From Neolecta irregularis DAH-3 (lineage: Eukaryota): a stretch of DNA of 57,112 nt. Where the stretch lies: NCBI GenBank assembly GCA_001929475.1, contig LXFE01000149.1, forward strand, positions 1-57,112, given 5' to 3'. The notes beneath the pieces were generated by a model. It had not been told where the DNA came from and searched no databases. It was given only the letters and a program-made list of their open reading frames with translations. The position numbers were made by a program, and so were the translations under genes. Shown piece after piece: positions 10,843-22,529 of this stretch; positions within the stretch are counted from its first letter, which is position 1, and each line of letters starts with the position of its first letter.

Positions 10843-12040
10843 TTAGTATCGAAGTGTCCCCAAGGGATCCAAACGCGAAATAGACGTCATCTTTTCAGCT
10901 TGCTCGTCTTCAGTCATGGGGCGCATCAATAATTCAATGACTTTAATACGTTTCTCGACGTGTTGACGGTCTTTTGCCGTGCGTCGTCTTTTCAACACTG
11001 ATCGACCGTGCAGATTCGTGTAACGAGCAAATTTACCTTCTTCTGTCGGTAACGCGAGTATTATATCAGTTGATAAGGCCTCTGTATTTAAATTTGTTTC
11101 GTAATCTCGAACATGAACAAAAGTTGTAGACACCTAAGGATCAGCAACAACTAAAACTTGAGATTACATCTTGAGTATTTCCCTCTGCAATTTTACGTTT
11201 GAGATTTGTTGAACTACGTTCATCTGCAAGAAAATATGAAAGCCATTCATCACCTACAGCAGATTGTGTAGGCCTGAACAAGGCTGTAACAAAACGGGGA
11301 TTGTCGGGCGTTGGCTCTGGTAAATTGGAGTCTGGACATCCTTGAAATTTCATTAACATGTACGTATTGTCGAAAATCTCAACGTCTGGGAACACGTCTA
11401 TCAATTCAACGGCTGTTAGATGTGCTTTTCTTGGATTGGGATGAACAAAAGAGTTGCAGTCAAACTCTGCAAAGGATTGCTCTATGGCGTCAAGTTGAGC
11501 ATGCGGATCGCGAAGTTTCTCTTGTCGTTCTGCCGCAGCCTTGATCGCTCGTATATTTTGTTGCGATTCTATCGTTATAGGCGGTTTTATGGAGGCTCTA
11601 GCCTCTGATGAAATATATTCTGTTCTGCGCAAAAACGATACACCAGCAGGATTGCGTTGCACTGAAGAAATGTGATCTGAGTCTTTAAGCAGGGCTTGAT
11701 CTTTAGGATCGAGCTGGGAATTCTGAAGAGGGTATAGTGCTGACTCGTCGCCCTCGAATAAACCAGGAAGAGCAGCGAGGTTCAACGGCATTCCCAGCTC
11801 TGGATCGAGATCAATACTCGTGGGAACTCTTTTTACAAGATCAGAGATGTAAGTAGTGTCGGTGTATCTCGATAATGGCGTTGGAATGTCGATCAACTTG
11901 GGTGCAAAAGGCGGTGCGGGCAATTGGTTCTAGCCTTTCAGTGACAACACACCAACAGGAGCAACCTGAAAGCGAAATCGTGCTATATAATCACCTATGG
12001 AGGACGATTGTGCCGATGATGAAGATGTTGGAGCTGGCAT
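10843..12040 (-). CDS. PAF1: RNA polymerase II-associated factor Paf1
   Basis: DYIARFRFQ|NQLPAPPFAPKL, ELGMPLNL, LDPKDQALL, VSFLRRTEYIS; 2 introns. Confidence 0.9.
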
Positions 12041-12449
12041 TTCGGGGAGAGTCGAAGGAAAGCTTGTAAGCACGTGGACGAGGGTATTTCGAAATGGGTA
12101 CAGTTTTCTCTTTCACATACAGATATAGTAAATACTTCTAACATGTAAAAGGAATGTATAGAATATCTCAATCTGTCAGTTTTCCCAAAAATGAATTCAC
12201 AGAATTGGAATTCTTGAAAAGAAATTTCAAATTTCACATTTTTCAATTTCATGAAATTATTTCCATGGTGCTGCAAAACGCGCCCTTAAAAGGTTTATTC
12301 GCTAGCCTAAGTATTGTGTACTTGGTTGGCTAATGTATCTATCTCTGTAATCCTGCTTTTATACTCGGCTTTTAATGACCCCAATATTATCCTATGCCTC
12401 CTTGCCGTATTAGTAAGGATATACTCACTCCACCACATACTCTAATGTT

Positions 12450-13239
12450 ATGTCGATGTTCTTCCAGGCCCTAAGACTTGGCAAAAAAGACGAGGATGGG
12501 AATTACTTGTTCAAGAATATCTCCTTTGATCTAATTCGAGGTGATACTGTCTGCATTCGAGGACCAAGTGGTTGTGGGTAGTCGACCGTGTTCTTCGCAA
12601 CTAATTTTGTCACAGAAAATCAACATTATTGAAAGCCCTTGCTCAACTCCAAGGATTCAACGAAGGGAAAGCGTTTTTGAAAGGCAAGGCTCCTGAACAG
12701 CATAAATCAATATGTCATTGGAGATCAAAAGTGCTCTACGTTGCATCGTCAATTCAAGCTCCTGGTTCACCTCTCGATTTCTGGCACACAGCAAAGTCCT
12801 TTACGTCCAATAAAGATAAGCTTGGTCAGGAAACGAAGCAATTTCAAGACCCCGTACGTCTTTCTGCATTTTGGAAGTTGCCCGAACAGTGTTGGATATC
12901 CCCATGGGCGAATTTGAGCTCGGGTCAAGTTCAAGTAGATTACAACCTGCTGAATTAATGTCAGCTCATTGCGTAGAAAGCGCTTTTGGCGATTGCGATT
13001 TGTTTAGAACCATCCGTCTTGCTACTAGATGGTTTGTATTTATTCTGCTTATATGCTGACTTTCTGAACCCACCTCGGCTCTCGATTTAGAATCGACACT
13101 TTTGGTCGAAAAATCTCTCAAAGCAATGACCTGCGTTTGGGTTACCCATTCAGCGGAACAGGAAAGTCGGGTTGCATCAGTGAGGACTATCTGGCTAGAT
13201 GTGGATGAGAGTACTCATTCAAGAACATCATACACATGA
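12450..13239 (+). CDS. Stand-alone ABC ATPase (single NBD, FetA/YbbL/STAR1-like)
   Basis: Walker A GPSGCGKSTLL, WRSKVLYV, signature LSSGQVQK, Walker B/D-loop VLLLDEPTSALD, H-loop WVTHS; no TM domain; third intron 13032-13066 ends in TG. Confidence 0.82.
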
Positions 13240-13370
13240 AAGATTTTTCAATGGTCTCGTATGTTCATGTAGTTATACAAAGACATACAGGATTGGATTT
13301 CTACTCGAAGTAGCAATGCTTGCTTTTGGAATGGCTCATAATTTCCACAAAGCATTTCAAGTCCTTTTAT

Positions 13371-14786
13371 TCATCTAAGTATTTCCGCAAACACGCGATG
13401 CAAATTGATATACTGCTTATCATTCATATCTAGCTTGCCAAGAGCAAATTGACAAATTTTGACAAATTCCAATAGCCGAACAAATTCCTTCTCTCCGCAC
13501 GTCTTTGACAAACTTTGCAGGTGGCGCCAAGACTCGTCGAAAAGTTCCAGGGCACGAGGGAGAATATTTTTATCATGCGAGACTATTTTAGCCAAAGTGA
13601 AGTATGTTTGAACGTTTGGAGTAATGTTCTCCTGCTTGGCTCTCTCCCATATGGTAATTGCCACTTTAGACCCACTGTGACCTTTGTGACAAGCTTGAAG
13701 TGCCAGAAAGATGGTTTTAGCTGTTGGCTCAAGCCCCCTTTTGATGATCCCATCTAAAAGTGCTGCACTTTCCTCCGGTGAGCCCTCACGAATAATTATG
13801 CGAAGAAGGCGTTCGTAATTTGCAAGGTCGACATCGATACGAGCTTGAAGAGCTTCCCAATACTCCATTGCGAGTGGTTTTTGCCGGAGTAGATGACAAA
13901 TCTCGAGAATCAAAGAAAGTGTTTGATTGCCCGGCTCGATCGTGTTGGGTACTGTGAGAGCTGCTGTTGAAGATTTTGATTGGGGATGTATATGTGCAAG
14001 GCCAAATGCAACATCAACCAAATCCAAAGCAAACTTCCAATCATCGGGTCGGTTCCCAATGAGTAGTACTTTACCTAATGTACAAAGCAAGATCTCGTCG
14101 GCGCGTATGTATCCGCCAGACCACCGTTTCAGAACCGTTGCCCATAATGTGTGTGCCTCTCTGACTCGAGATTCCACATCAATCTCATCGGTATGCAACA
14201 ATGCGGTGAGATAGGTTGTATAAGTGATTATATTTGGTGATTGCGGACCCTCAGGAGGCATTTGGGAAAATATCGATATCACAGCTTGGATATTGTTTGC
14301 GTGTGAGCAAGCCTTTATGCAAGCATTTGCATGATGGACAACTGGCTGTATGCCAGACTTTGATAATTGTATTGAGCGAAAGAGCGCAAGTGCCTTCTCT
14401 GGCACAGAAGAGGAATTTGGTGAGTTGGAGAGACCGTCGAAAAGGATAGTATATGTTTGTGCATTCGGAGGATGAGCGCGTTTCTTCATCTTTACGGTCA
14501 GCAGAACTAACAGAAGCCGAATAACCTCATTGAAATACTTGAACGCTCTCCCCAACTGTTTTCTTTTCAGGGCATCACGGATCAACAGATTCCAGGAAAC
14601 AGTGCACGAAGTTGCCAGACTGGCTCTACGCACCAGTTCTAGTGCATCTTCAGGTTTGTTGCGTCCGAGTAAATTCTCAGTCTCGTATGCAAGAGTAAAA
14701 GACGTGTGCGGTACTTTGGCTTCTCTCTGTGGAATTTGGCGTACCTTGGTGGAGTGCAGGCGAAGAAATCGGCACAAGGGAAGCAT
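13371..14786 (-). CDS. Mitochondrial pentatricopeptide repeat (PPR) protein
   Basis: PPR motifs VSWNLLI..AFKYFNE|MKKR..PNAQTYTILFDGL, PNIITYTTYL, PNVQTY; presequence-like N-terminus; one in-frame 36-nt intron. Confidence 0.85.
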   Translation of the reverse strand: MLPLCRFLRLHSTKVRQIPQREAKVPHTSFTLAYETENLLGRNKPEDALELVRRASLATSCTVSWNLLIRDALKRKQLGRAFKYFNEVIRLLLVLLTVKMKKRAHPPNAQTYTILFDGLSNSPNSSSVPEKALALFRSIQLSKSGIQPVVHHANACIKACSHANNIQAVISIFSQMPPEGPQSPNIITYTTYLTALLHTDEIDVESRVREAHTLWATVLKRWSGGYIRADEILLCTLGKVLLIGNRPDDWKFALDLVDVAFGLAHIHPQSKSSTAALTVPNTIEPGNQTLSLILEICHLLRQKPLAMEYWEALQARIDVDLANYERLLRIIIREGSPEESAALLDGIIKRGLEPTAKTIFLALQACHKGHSGSKVAITIWERAKQENITPNVQTYFTLAKIVSHDKNILPRALELFDESWRHLQSLSKTCGEKEFVRLLEFVKICQFALGKLDMNDKQYINLHRVFAEILR

Positions 14787-14827
14787 AGAAGTATGGTGGT
14801 GAGCGAAGAATTAAAAATATTTATTGT

Positions 14828-16002
14828 TTACACCATCACCATGGATATCAACATGTCCATCGCTCTCTCAGGTCCCTGCAATCGCACCATTTTCCGGAAA
14901 ATTGAGGGAACTGCACGCAAAAGGTCACGGTGCTGTACTGTTCGTCCGCGCTGCCCTGCAATAATGTCAGTCTGAGAGCAAAAACATTGGACTTGCAGCC
15001 GGACGGTACTCGGAGACCAGCAGTAAGCACATTGCGAGCGTTTCCCGTAGTTGCATCGACGCAAATCTCCCAAGTTATAACGAGCTCTGTTACTCTGAAG
15101 ACATGAAGTTGGGTTTCGCCGATCCAAGTGGATAGCTCGTCGGACCTTTTAGAAACTTTGCTCGGTTTGCGTGACTCGCGGGATGAGATTATGAACTCGG
15201 CATTGTATTTATTAAAGATATTGTGGAACACCAAACTTCGTGTAGCGCATAAGCGACTGTAGGATGAGAGGCCGTATAATAAATTGCCAATGTTGCGCTC
15301 TCTTGTTAATCTCAAATTGTGAGGAAAAGAAAAATCGCTGAATTCATACCTGTTGAATAACCCACCTAGTTCTCTGGATAATGCATCTGAGGCATGTATG
15401 TCTAATGCCACAACGCGTTCTTTAACTACAGACATAGTAATTTGAAACTGCAGATGGCGTGAATGACAGAACCCGTAGATATCATAGCGTGTGCTAGTAG
15501 TTCCTGGTTCGACCCCAGATTCCACACGTATCGAGGAATTCACAAACTGACAGTGAGTGAGAGCATCCAAATTCGCTTCGATTATGGAAGAAAGGTCGGG
15601 AAGGGCGTTTGGAACAGAAAGTTGGGGAGCCTGGACAGCTATTTCTCGTGAATTATTCAAGAATTCTTCATTCGACTTGAGGAGTTCGTCGCTACGGATC
15701 AATCAACATTTGCATTTGACATCTGGGTCGTACACCACTGCGGATAATTCCAGATTTCTGGGGTCTGGAATAGATTTCGAGGCTTTTGTCAGGGTTTGTA
15801 GATCCAATTCGAGTTCAGCAATCTCTTGCAAGAGACAAATTTCCAGCTCAGATTGATTTGAGGGTGGTGCATGTTTAGCAGGAGGCAATTGACGAGTTTG
15901 TTTCCTGATTCTCGGTACTGGCGAAGATGGTTTTGTTTTTTGCAGAAGATGGGGCGAGAATCGAGCAAGTGAAGCTGTTGTGGGCGAGAGATACGAGGCC
16001 AT
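14828..16002 (-). CDS. Probable inner kinetochore subunit CENP-P/Ctf19/Fta2-like
   Basis: Coiled coil then RWD-like region ELVITWEICVD..G...L..RVP and C-terminal AVPSIFRKMVRLQGPERAMDMLI resembling the CENP-P C-terminus; 3 introns incl. GC-AG 14956-14996. Confidence 0.55.
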
Positions 16003-16104
16003 GATGGTGGTGAATGTATGTATAGTTCTTGTTTGAACAATTCTCACGAGATCGATCCCGCATCTCATTTCCCTCTCCACCATCTGCCCTATTAAAAAAT
16101 TATT

Positions 16105-17599
16105 ATGGCACTTAGACTCGCCACCCGCCCATTTGCCCGTCTGAATCTGCCATTTAGATCTGCCGCTATTCATTTTGCGCGTCCTGTCGTTGCTGCTGTT
16201 GCCCCTTTGAGTAAACCAATTGCTCGTCGCGGCATGAAAACCATGGACTTTGCCGGTCATAAAGAACCCATTTATGAGCGTCAAGACTGGCCCCGCGAAA
16301 AGTTCCAGGTGCGTAGATGTCTTCTATTATTTTATTATTATTTATTATTATTGGTTCACTTAGCCTGATTTGATAGGACTACTTCAAAAATGACATTCTT
16401 GCATTGATTGGCTACGGGTCCCAAGGACATGGCCAGGGTCTAAACGCCAGGGACAATGGTCTCAATATCATTGTTGGCGTACGCCGAGACGGTGCTTCTT
16501 GGAAACAAGCAGTCGAGGACGGCTGGGTATTCATAGCCTCAATTGAGTCCAGCTAAACCCAAGGTCCCAGACAAAAATCTCTTTGATGTAGAGACCGCTG
16601 TTAAAAGGGGCACAATCATCATGAACTTGCTATCGGATGCCGCCCAAAGTAAAACATGGCCTCAACTGAAACCGCTCATCACCAAGGGCAAAGTATGCCT
16701 CTCTCTTTCATCTCTAAATCCAGACTCTGTATTTCTCCCACGGATTCTCTGTCGTTTACAAGGATATCACAAAGGTTGTTCCGCCTTCTGATGTTGATGT
16801 CATCCTTGTGGCTCCCAAAGGCTCTGGCCGCACTGTCCGATCATTGTTCAAGGAAGGCCGAGGAATCAATTCTTCGATCGCCGTTTGGCAAGATGTAACA
16901 GGCAAGGCAGAGGAGAAAGCTGTTGCCCTTGCAGTAGCCGTCGGTTCGGGCTACATGTATAAAACCACCTTTGAACATGTAATTTCTTGATATGTTCCTG
17001 ACTGATTCTATGAGGAAGTTTACTCCGATCTCTATGGAGAGCGAGGGTGTTTAATGGGCGGTATCCAGGGCATGTTCTATGTATCTCCTAGCTTTTGTTC
17101 TTATCTGACTAAAGGCGCAATACGAAGTTTTGCGTGAGCGTGGTCACTCCCCCAGCGAAGTGTTTACACCGTTTCTACGTTTATGCTAATTATTCAGGCT
17201 TTTAACGAGACTGTCGAGGAAGCTACTCAATCACTTTATCCACTAATCGGTAAAAATGGAATGGATTGGTATCTGTTCAAAATTTCTCGATTCTGATTTT
17301 CAGGATGTTTGCTGCATGCTCAACTACAGCTCGCCGGGGAGCTCTCGACTGGTGGCCAAAGTTTTACAAGGCAACAAAGGCATGCACCCATTCTGTACCT
17401 TCACCTGATTACTTAGCCTGTCTTCAATGAACTCTATGATGCCGTAAAGGATGGTTCAGAGACCAAGCGGTCTCTTGAAAGCAATAGCAAGTCTAATTAT
17501 CGTGAAGAGCTTCAAAAGGAATTAGATGCTATGAACGATCAAGAAATCTGGCGTGTGGGTAAAGTCGTTCGATCTCTCCGCCCTGAAAACAAAATTTAA
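16105..17599 (+). CDS. ILV5: Ketol-acid reductoisomerase, mitochondrial (9 exons)
   Basis: IGYGSQGHGQGLNARDNG, MNLLSDAAQ, VAPKGSGRTVRSLF, EVYSDLYGERGCLMGG, ACSTTARRGALDW. Confidence 0.97.
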
Positions 17600-17815
17600 G
17601 ACTTCTACGAGATAGAATTAAATCACACTCTTTACATGCTTGTAGTGAGTTCATATCAACCATTTATGTATTTTTCAAAAAAGAGACTTCGTAAATATTT
17701 GGCGAGTTCAAAATTTATACAATCAACTACCCCACGACATGCCTCGCTCCTATATTTCACTTTCCTCGGTTACTGTGTCTCCAGGTTCTTCAATATAACC
17801 ATAGGGAGAACATAG

Positions 17816-20080
17816 ATGATTGAAATTCACTCCGATTCAGAATCAGATATTGAATGGGATGATGTCCAACTGACTGCGCCGGTACTCGAGCCTTCCAATT
17901 CCACAGGAGACAAACCAAGTGAAATTCTTGTACCACTTCAACCGAAGAAACTTTTGACCAAAACAACTGGGTAAACCTTTTTTGGATAGCTGCTAACTGT
18001 AATTTCAGAAGGCGAGGCATCTCAACTGCTGAAAAACAGCAAAGACTGACAATTCACAAATTGCACATCCTTTGTTTGTTGTCTCATCTCTTGATTCTGA
18101 ATCGTGCTTTGAATACAGAAGAACTACTGGCAAACTCTTTAGGGAACATTGGCTTACCAGATAGAAAAGGTCAAAAGACTTGATCCCGGCACGAATATAC
18201 GAAGATCTTCACCCTCAAAAAGATCTCATTCCTGCTCAAAGGTCCGTTTACTTCAATCGAGGACTCAGATCTTTGATCGATTTATGGAGAAATAAGTTTA
18301 AAACAACATGCGAGGGCATAAGAAAGCCTTTGTGGAGGTCCACATCGGCCGTATTCAACATTCAATATATTCATTAATGAGGTAGAATATCGATATATTC
18401 AAAAGCTCCCGAGAAACCTTGACGCAATCATTCAGCTCTCTTTCAGGCTCGAGAGATATAGGGGCGCAGCTCTTGACAATGCTTCTCAGAGCAGCTGGAG
18501 TTGAAACCCGTCTCGTCTGTTCGTTGCAAGTTTTGGATATTATTTCGACTGAAGAATCCGTTGTGCCACACTCTGTACCTTTCCAGAATCCTGAACAAGG
18601 GCTACGCAGCTCGGCGAATGATTTGACTAGTGATGACAACGAGCCGAAGCAGAGCACCCTTCAACCGCGCAGTCGAAGACAAAAGTTCAGAGTTCCCTTG
18701 AACAATGGTTCCAATATCGAAATAATTGTAGTTTTACTTGAAGAATACCTAAACTTACTCCAGAATACTTTTCATGATCCGCCATTTCCAGTGTATTGGT
18801 CGGAAGTTTTTGACGTGGCGACACAAAAGTGGCTCCCTGTTGATGCTTTTGCTACAAATACTATCGCAAAGCCAACAAAGCTTGAACCTCCACAGTCACT
18901 TCGGGAACTTCACATGTGCTATGTCATTGCATTAGACTATGGTAGTCTGGTTTGTTGTCCGAGCTCACTCGTCAGATGGCTTCGTAAAGGACGTCACTAG
19001 GCGGTATACCCGGTCGTTCAATAACAAGATAAGAAAATCGCGCATAACATCAATCGAGTCTGGACGAAATTGGTTTTGTTATGCCATGGCTTTCTTGAAG
19101 CGGCAGTGGATTGTGGTTTGGGAGAAAACTTTAATTTGCCAACGTTTAGGATTCAGATCAGATTGAAGATGCTGAATTGCTTAATTATGAGCTTTCTGAA
19201 AAAATGCCGACAAGTGTCCAAGACTTGAAAGACCATCCCATGTAATTCCCCACTGTCTGAAAACAGCGATTCACTTTCTCAGGTATGCTATGGAAAGGCA
19301 TTTGCGTCGCGATCAACTGATCGCCCCAGGAAGCCGACCTTGTGGGAGTATCACTGTAGGAAGAGGCCGCACTCCAGAAAACGTTTATCAACGCCAAAGC
19401 ATTCTGACAGTCAAATCTGAAGAACGCTGGTATCGAGAGGGACGACAGATCAAGGTATATTGGAAAATTACATCTGCTAAGTGAAGAACGGCGAGCTACC
19501 AGTCAAGTCCTTGCCTCGAAAATCGAGAGAGAGAGACAACAGAGCTCCTGAGACTGCTGTGCATATGTATACCTTTGATCAGACTGAACTATATGTGCCA
19601 CCACCGGTCGTAAATGGTCGGATACCCCGAAATACCTATGGGAATTGCGACTACTATATGCCTTGGATGATACCCTTGGGTGGTATTTTCGTTCAAGGTG
19701 CTTCCTGGTTAAACAGTGAAGCGAAAGCTGACTTGAAGATGCTGCGACTGCCAGAGCTGCGGCTAATCTCCTCATAGTGGACTATGCCGATGCTATTGTA
19801 AGTGCTCCTTGCTTGCTCTGTATTGACAGGCCAGACCGGGTTTCGCTTCCAAGGTCGTCTTGCTCGCCCGATTATTAGCGGAATCATTGTTGCGGCCGAA
19901 TACTTGGAGGCTGTACTTGCAGTGCAGCAAGGATTTGTTGACCTGGCATTGGAGGAACGTGTACAAGCACAGCGCAAAAAGACTCTGGAGCGGTGGAAAC
20001 TGTTCCTTACTGGTCTTGCCATATGCAAACGGCATGTTTTGTAAATTCGCCTGCTAACTGTTTGTAGCTTGGACTCATAG
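17816..20080 (+). CDS. RAD4: DNA damage recognition protein Rad4/XPC
   Basis: IHKLHILCLL, GSRDIGAQL..LLRAAG..TRLVCSLQ, YWSEVF, KDVTRRY, KDHP.YAMERHL, PPVVNGRIPRNTYGN, DYADA.TGF; start and final exon uncertain. Confidence 0.9.
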
Positions 20081-20144
20081 CGGCACTTTCCCGTTGTCAC
20101 GTGTCCCAAGTACTTCCTGCAAACGCCACCATTTTAATTCCGTT

Positions 20145-21114
20145 ATGTTGCTTACGCGCGCCTTTACCGGCCGCCGCTGCTTCTCACCGCCCAGTTTTCG
20201 CTTACTTACGGGCGCATACCTATGCCGCTCTCAGTCTTCTTTACCTGAGAAACCCGACCTCACCCATTTTGGCTTCCGTGAAGTCCCCGCCCCCCTCAAG
20301 CAGTCGTTGGGTATTTCACCCTGCTGATCTCAGTCTAATTTCCCTGCATATAGTCGCCGAGGTTTTCTCTTCTGTTGCTTCTTCCTATGATCTCATGAAC
20401 GATGCCATGTCTGCAGGGATCCACCGTTTGTGGAAAGACCGATTCGTCCAGAAACTTGATCCCGGCCGTGGTCGCATGAATATTCTCGATGTTGCTGGAG
20501 GGACGGGCGATATTGCCTTTCGGATGCTTGACCACGCTGCAAAAGTACACAACGATCACGATACGCTGGTTACTTGCGTAGATATTAACCCAGATATGCT
20601 CGCAGAAGGCAAGAAAAGATTATTGTCTACCTGCTACGCCAACAGTACTGCCATAGATTGGCTCTCTTCTGACCCTCTAGCTCCTAGGGTCTCTTTCAAA
20701 GTTCAGAATGCCGAGCTTCTCGACGAGATACCTTCAAATTCTGTCGACCTATATACCATCGCATTTGGGATCCGCAATTGCACCCACATCCCGCTTGTTC
20801 TACAACAAGCCCATCGCGTCCTCAAACCAGGCGGTATATTTGCATGTCTGGAATTCGGCAAAGTCTCGCCTCCCCCTCTGGCTTCACTCTATCGCCAATA
20901 TTCCTTCTCAGTGATCCCTTTAATCGGTCAACTGATCGCCGGTGATCGTGATTCATACCAATATCTGGTAGAGAGCATTGAAAAGTTCCCAAAACAGGAA
21001 GATTTCGCCAAACTGATTGAGGATGCTGGGTTTGAAATTTCTGGAAATGGATGGGAAGATTTGACCTTTGGCGTCGCGGCAATCCATACAGGCCTGAAGA
21101 AAAAATATAAATAA
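20145..21114 (+). CDS. COQ5: Ubiquinone biosynthesis C-methyltransferase Coq5
   Basis: THFGF, VFSSVASSYDLMNDAMSAGIHRLWKD, LDVAGGTGDIAF, YTIAFGIRN, YQYLVESIEKFP; 2 introns. Confidence 0.95.
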
Positions 21115-21117
21115 GGA

Positions 21118-22463
21118 TCACCAAGTCTTTTCATGTTCATCTATGGAAACTGCTTCTTTATCTGCGACCTTCTTGCGCTGTACCTCATTACTCACCTGGC
21201 TTTCAACTACTCCAGTTGGGAAACTCTCAATGTATTCTTTCACGATGCGGTCTCTTACTTCCATATCCATTGTCGCAAAACATAAATCACCCATAATGTC
21301 TTCAGGAAGGTTGGTCGACGTTATTTTAGATTTGTTCTTTGCCAAGAGTTTACGCAAGTCATTTTCTCTCTGCAGTTTTGGTAATTTCAAGCCTGTTGTC
21401 AGAAAATGAAGTAGAGAGATAGTACGTGATTGAAACTCGCGAAACTCCTTTTCCCTCTGCTTATCATTATCTCCAAAGTTTACAAATGCGGGATCCTTCT
21501 TGAATTTCCTTCTAAATTCATGCCAATATATTTTCGAATCTGCGTGGTCGGTTAAAAGCTTGTGATACTCTAGTATCGGCTAAGAATCGAGATCAGTACA
21601 GCCCACGTTAACAATATACATTTTGTTTGACTTTGGATGCGTTTTCAGCGTTGATTTGAATGCTTCTCTCTCGACACCATGCATCATAAACATACCTTCT
21701 GTTTTTCGTTGTCTCAATTACTAAATCGTAAGCTGCGTCCGTTCAAAGTAACTACGAATGTATCGCGGATCGTTGACAATTTTGGAGAGTTCTGCATCCC
21801 ATGTGCTAAACGGATCCACCGAACGATCCAAAAGCATCTCCTATCAGATTCAGCACAAGAATAAATATCATCCTGCCTTGAAGCTATCAACTCTCTCTTC
21901 CAGCGTCGGTTCTGGAGCACTTCCGTGTGAATAAGCATTGTTTTGTTCATCCTCTTGCGCAATTTCAGCCAATTGCCAAGCCAGGTCGTCCTCTGTGAAT
22001 TCTAATTGTTGTCCAATTCCTTCATCTTCATCTTCAGACGGAAGTCCTCGAGCTCGGCGATCCTGCTTTTTTTCCTCTACAAGAAGAGCATTTACAGCCG
22101 GCTGAATATCGTCCGGAATATTCCACAACGACTCGAGAGTCTTGAGATTATGCACAAACATCCTGCCCTTCTTGGTTGTAACGAGTATCCATGGTTCTGC
22201 GAAAGGAATTGGTTTCCTGGAGTCAGAAAAGATGCAGAATGGTTATTCTACTTGAATCGAGGCCTGTCTGGCTTCTCTGTCGGTTTTAGCTTGTTGGCAT
22301 GTAGGTGAGACTCGAGTGCAACGGGTTTTGGCGGTTCCGCTGTCGACTGCGCGAATTGTGGACGGATATAAGTAGACTTTGCGGATTCTTTGTGGTAATA
22401 ATATAAATGACCCGAGGGAGCAGTATGAACAGTCCAACCTTGTGGAAGTATGTTGGTAGACAT
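21118..22463 (-). CDS. WW/FF-domain splicing-associated factor (Dre4/Urn1/TCERG1-like)
   Basis: WW domain LPQGWTVHTAPSGHLYYYH..STYIRP; second WW-like segment; FF domain FK|EMLLD..VDPFSTWDAEL.KIVNDPRY; GC-AG intron 21841-21876. Confidence 0.82.
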
Positions 22464-22529
22464 GCGAGTAAAGTTAAAACCCAACATCAGCATTTACATC
22501 ACCACCGCATATAATCCACCAATTCTGCA

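Noticed and set aside
20020-21114. RAD4-COQ5 fusion by splicing from the GT donor at ~20036 into the open frame upstream of COQ5 exon 2
   Set aside because: The GC donor giving ..ICKRLDS* fits Rad4 better, and COQ5 has its own ATG with a mitochondrial presequence and the THFGF motif in a different frame
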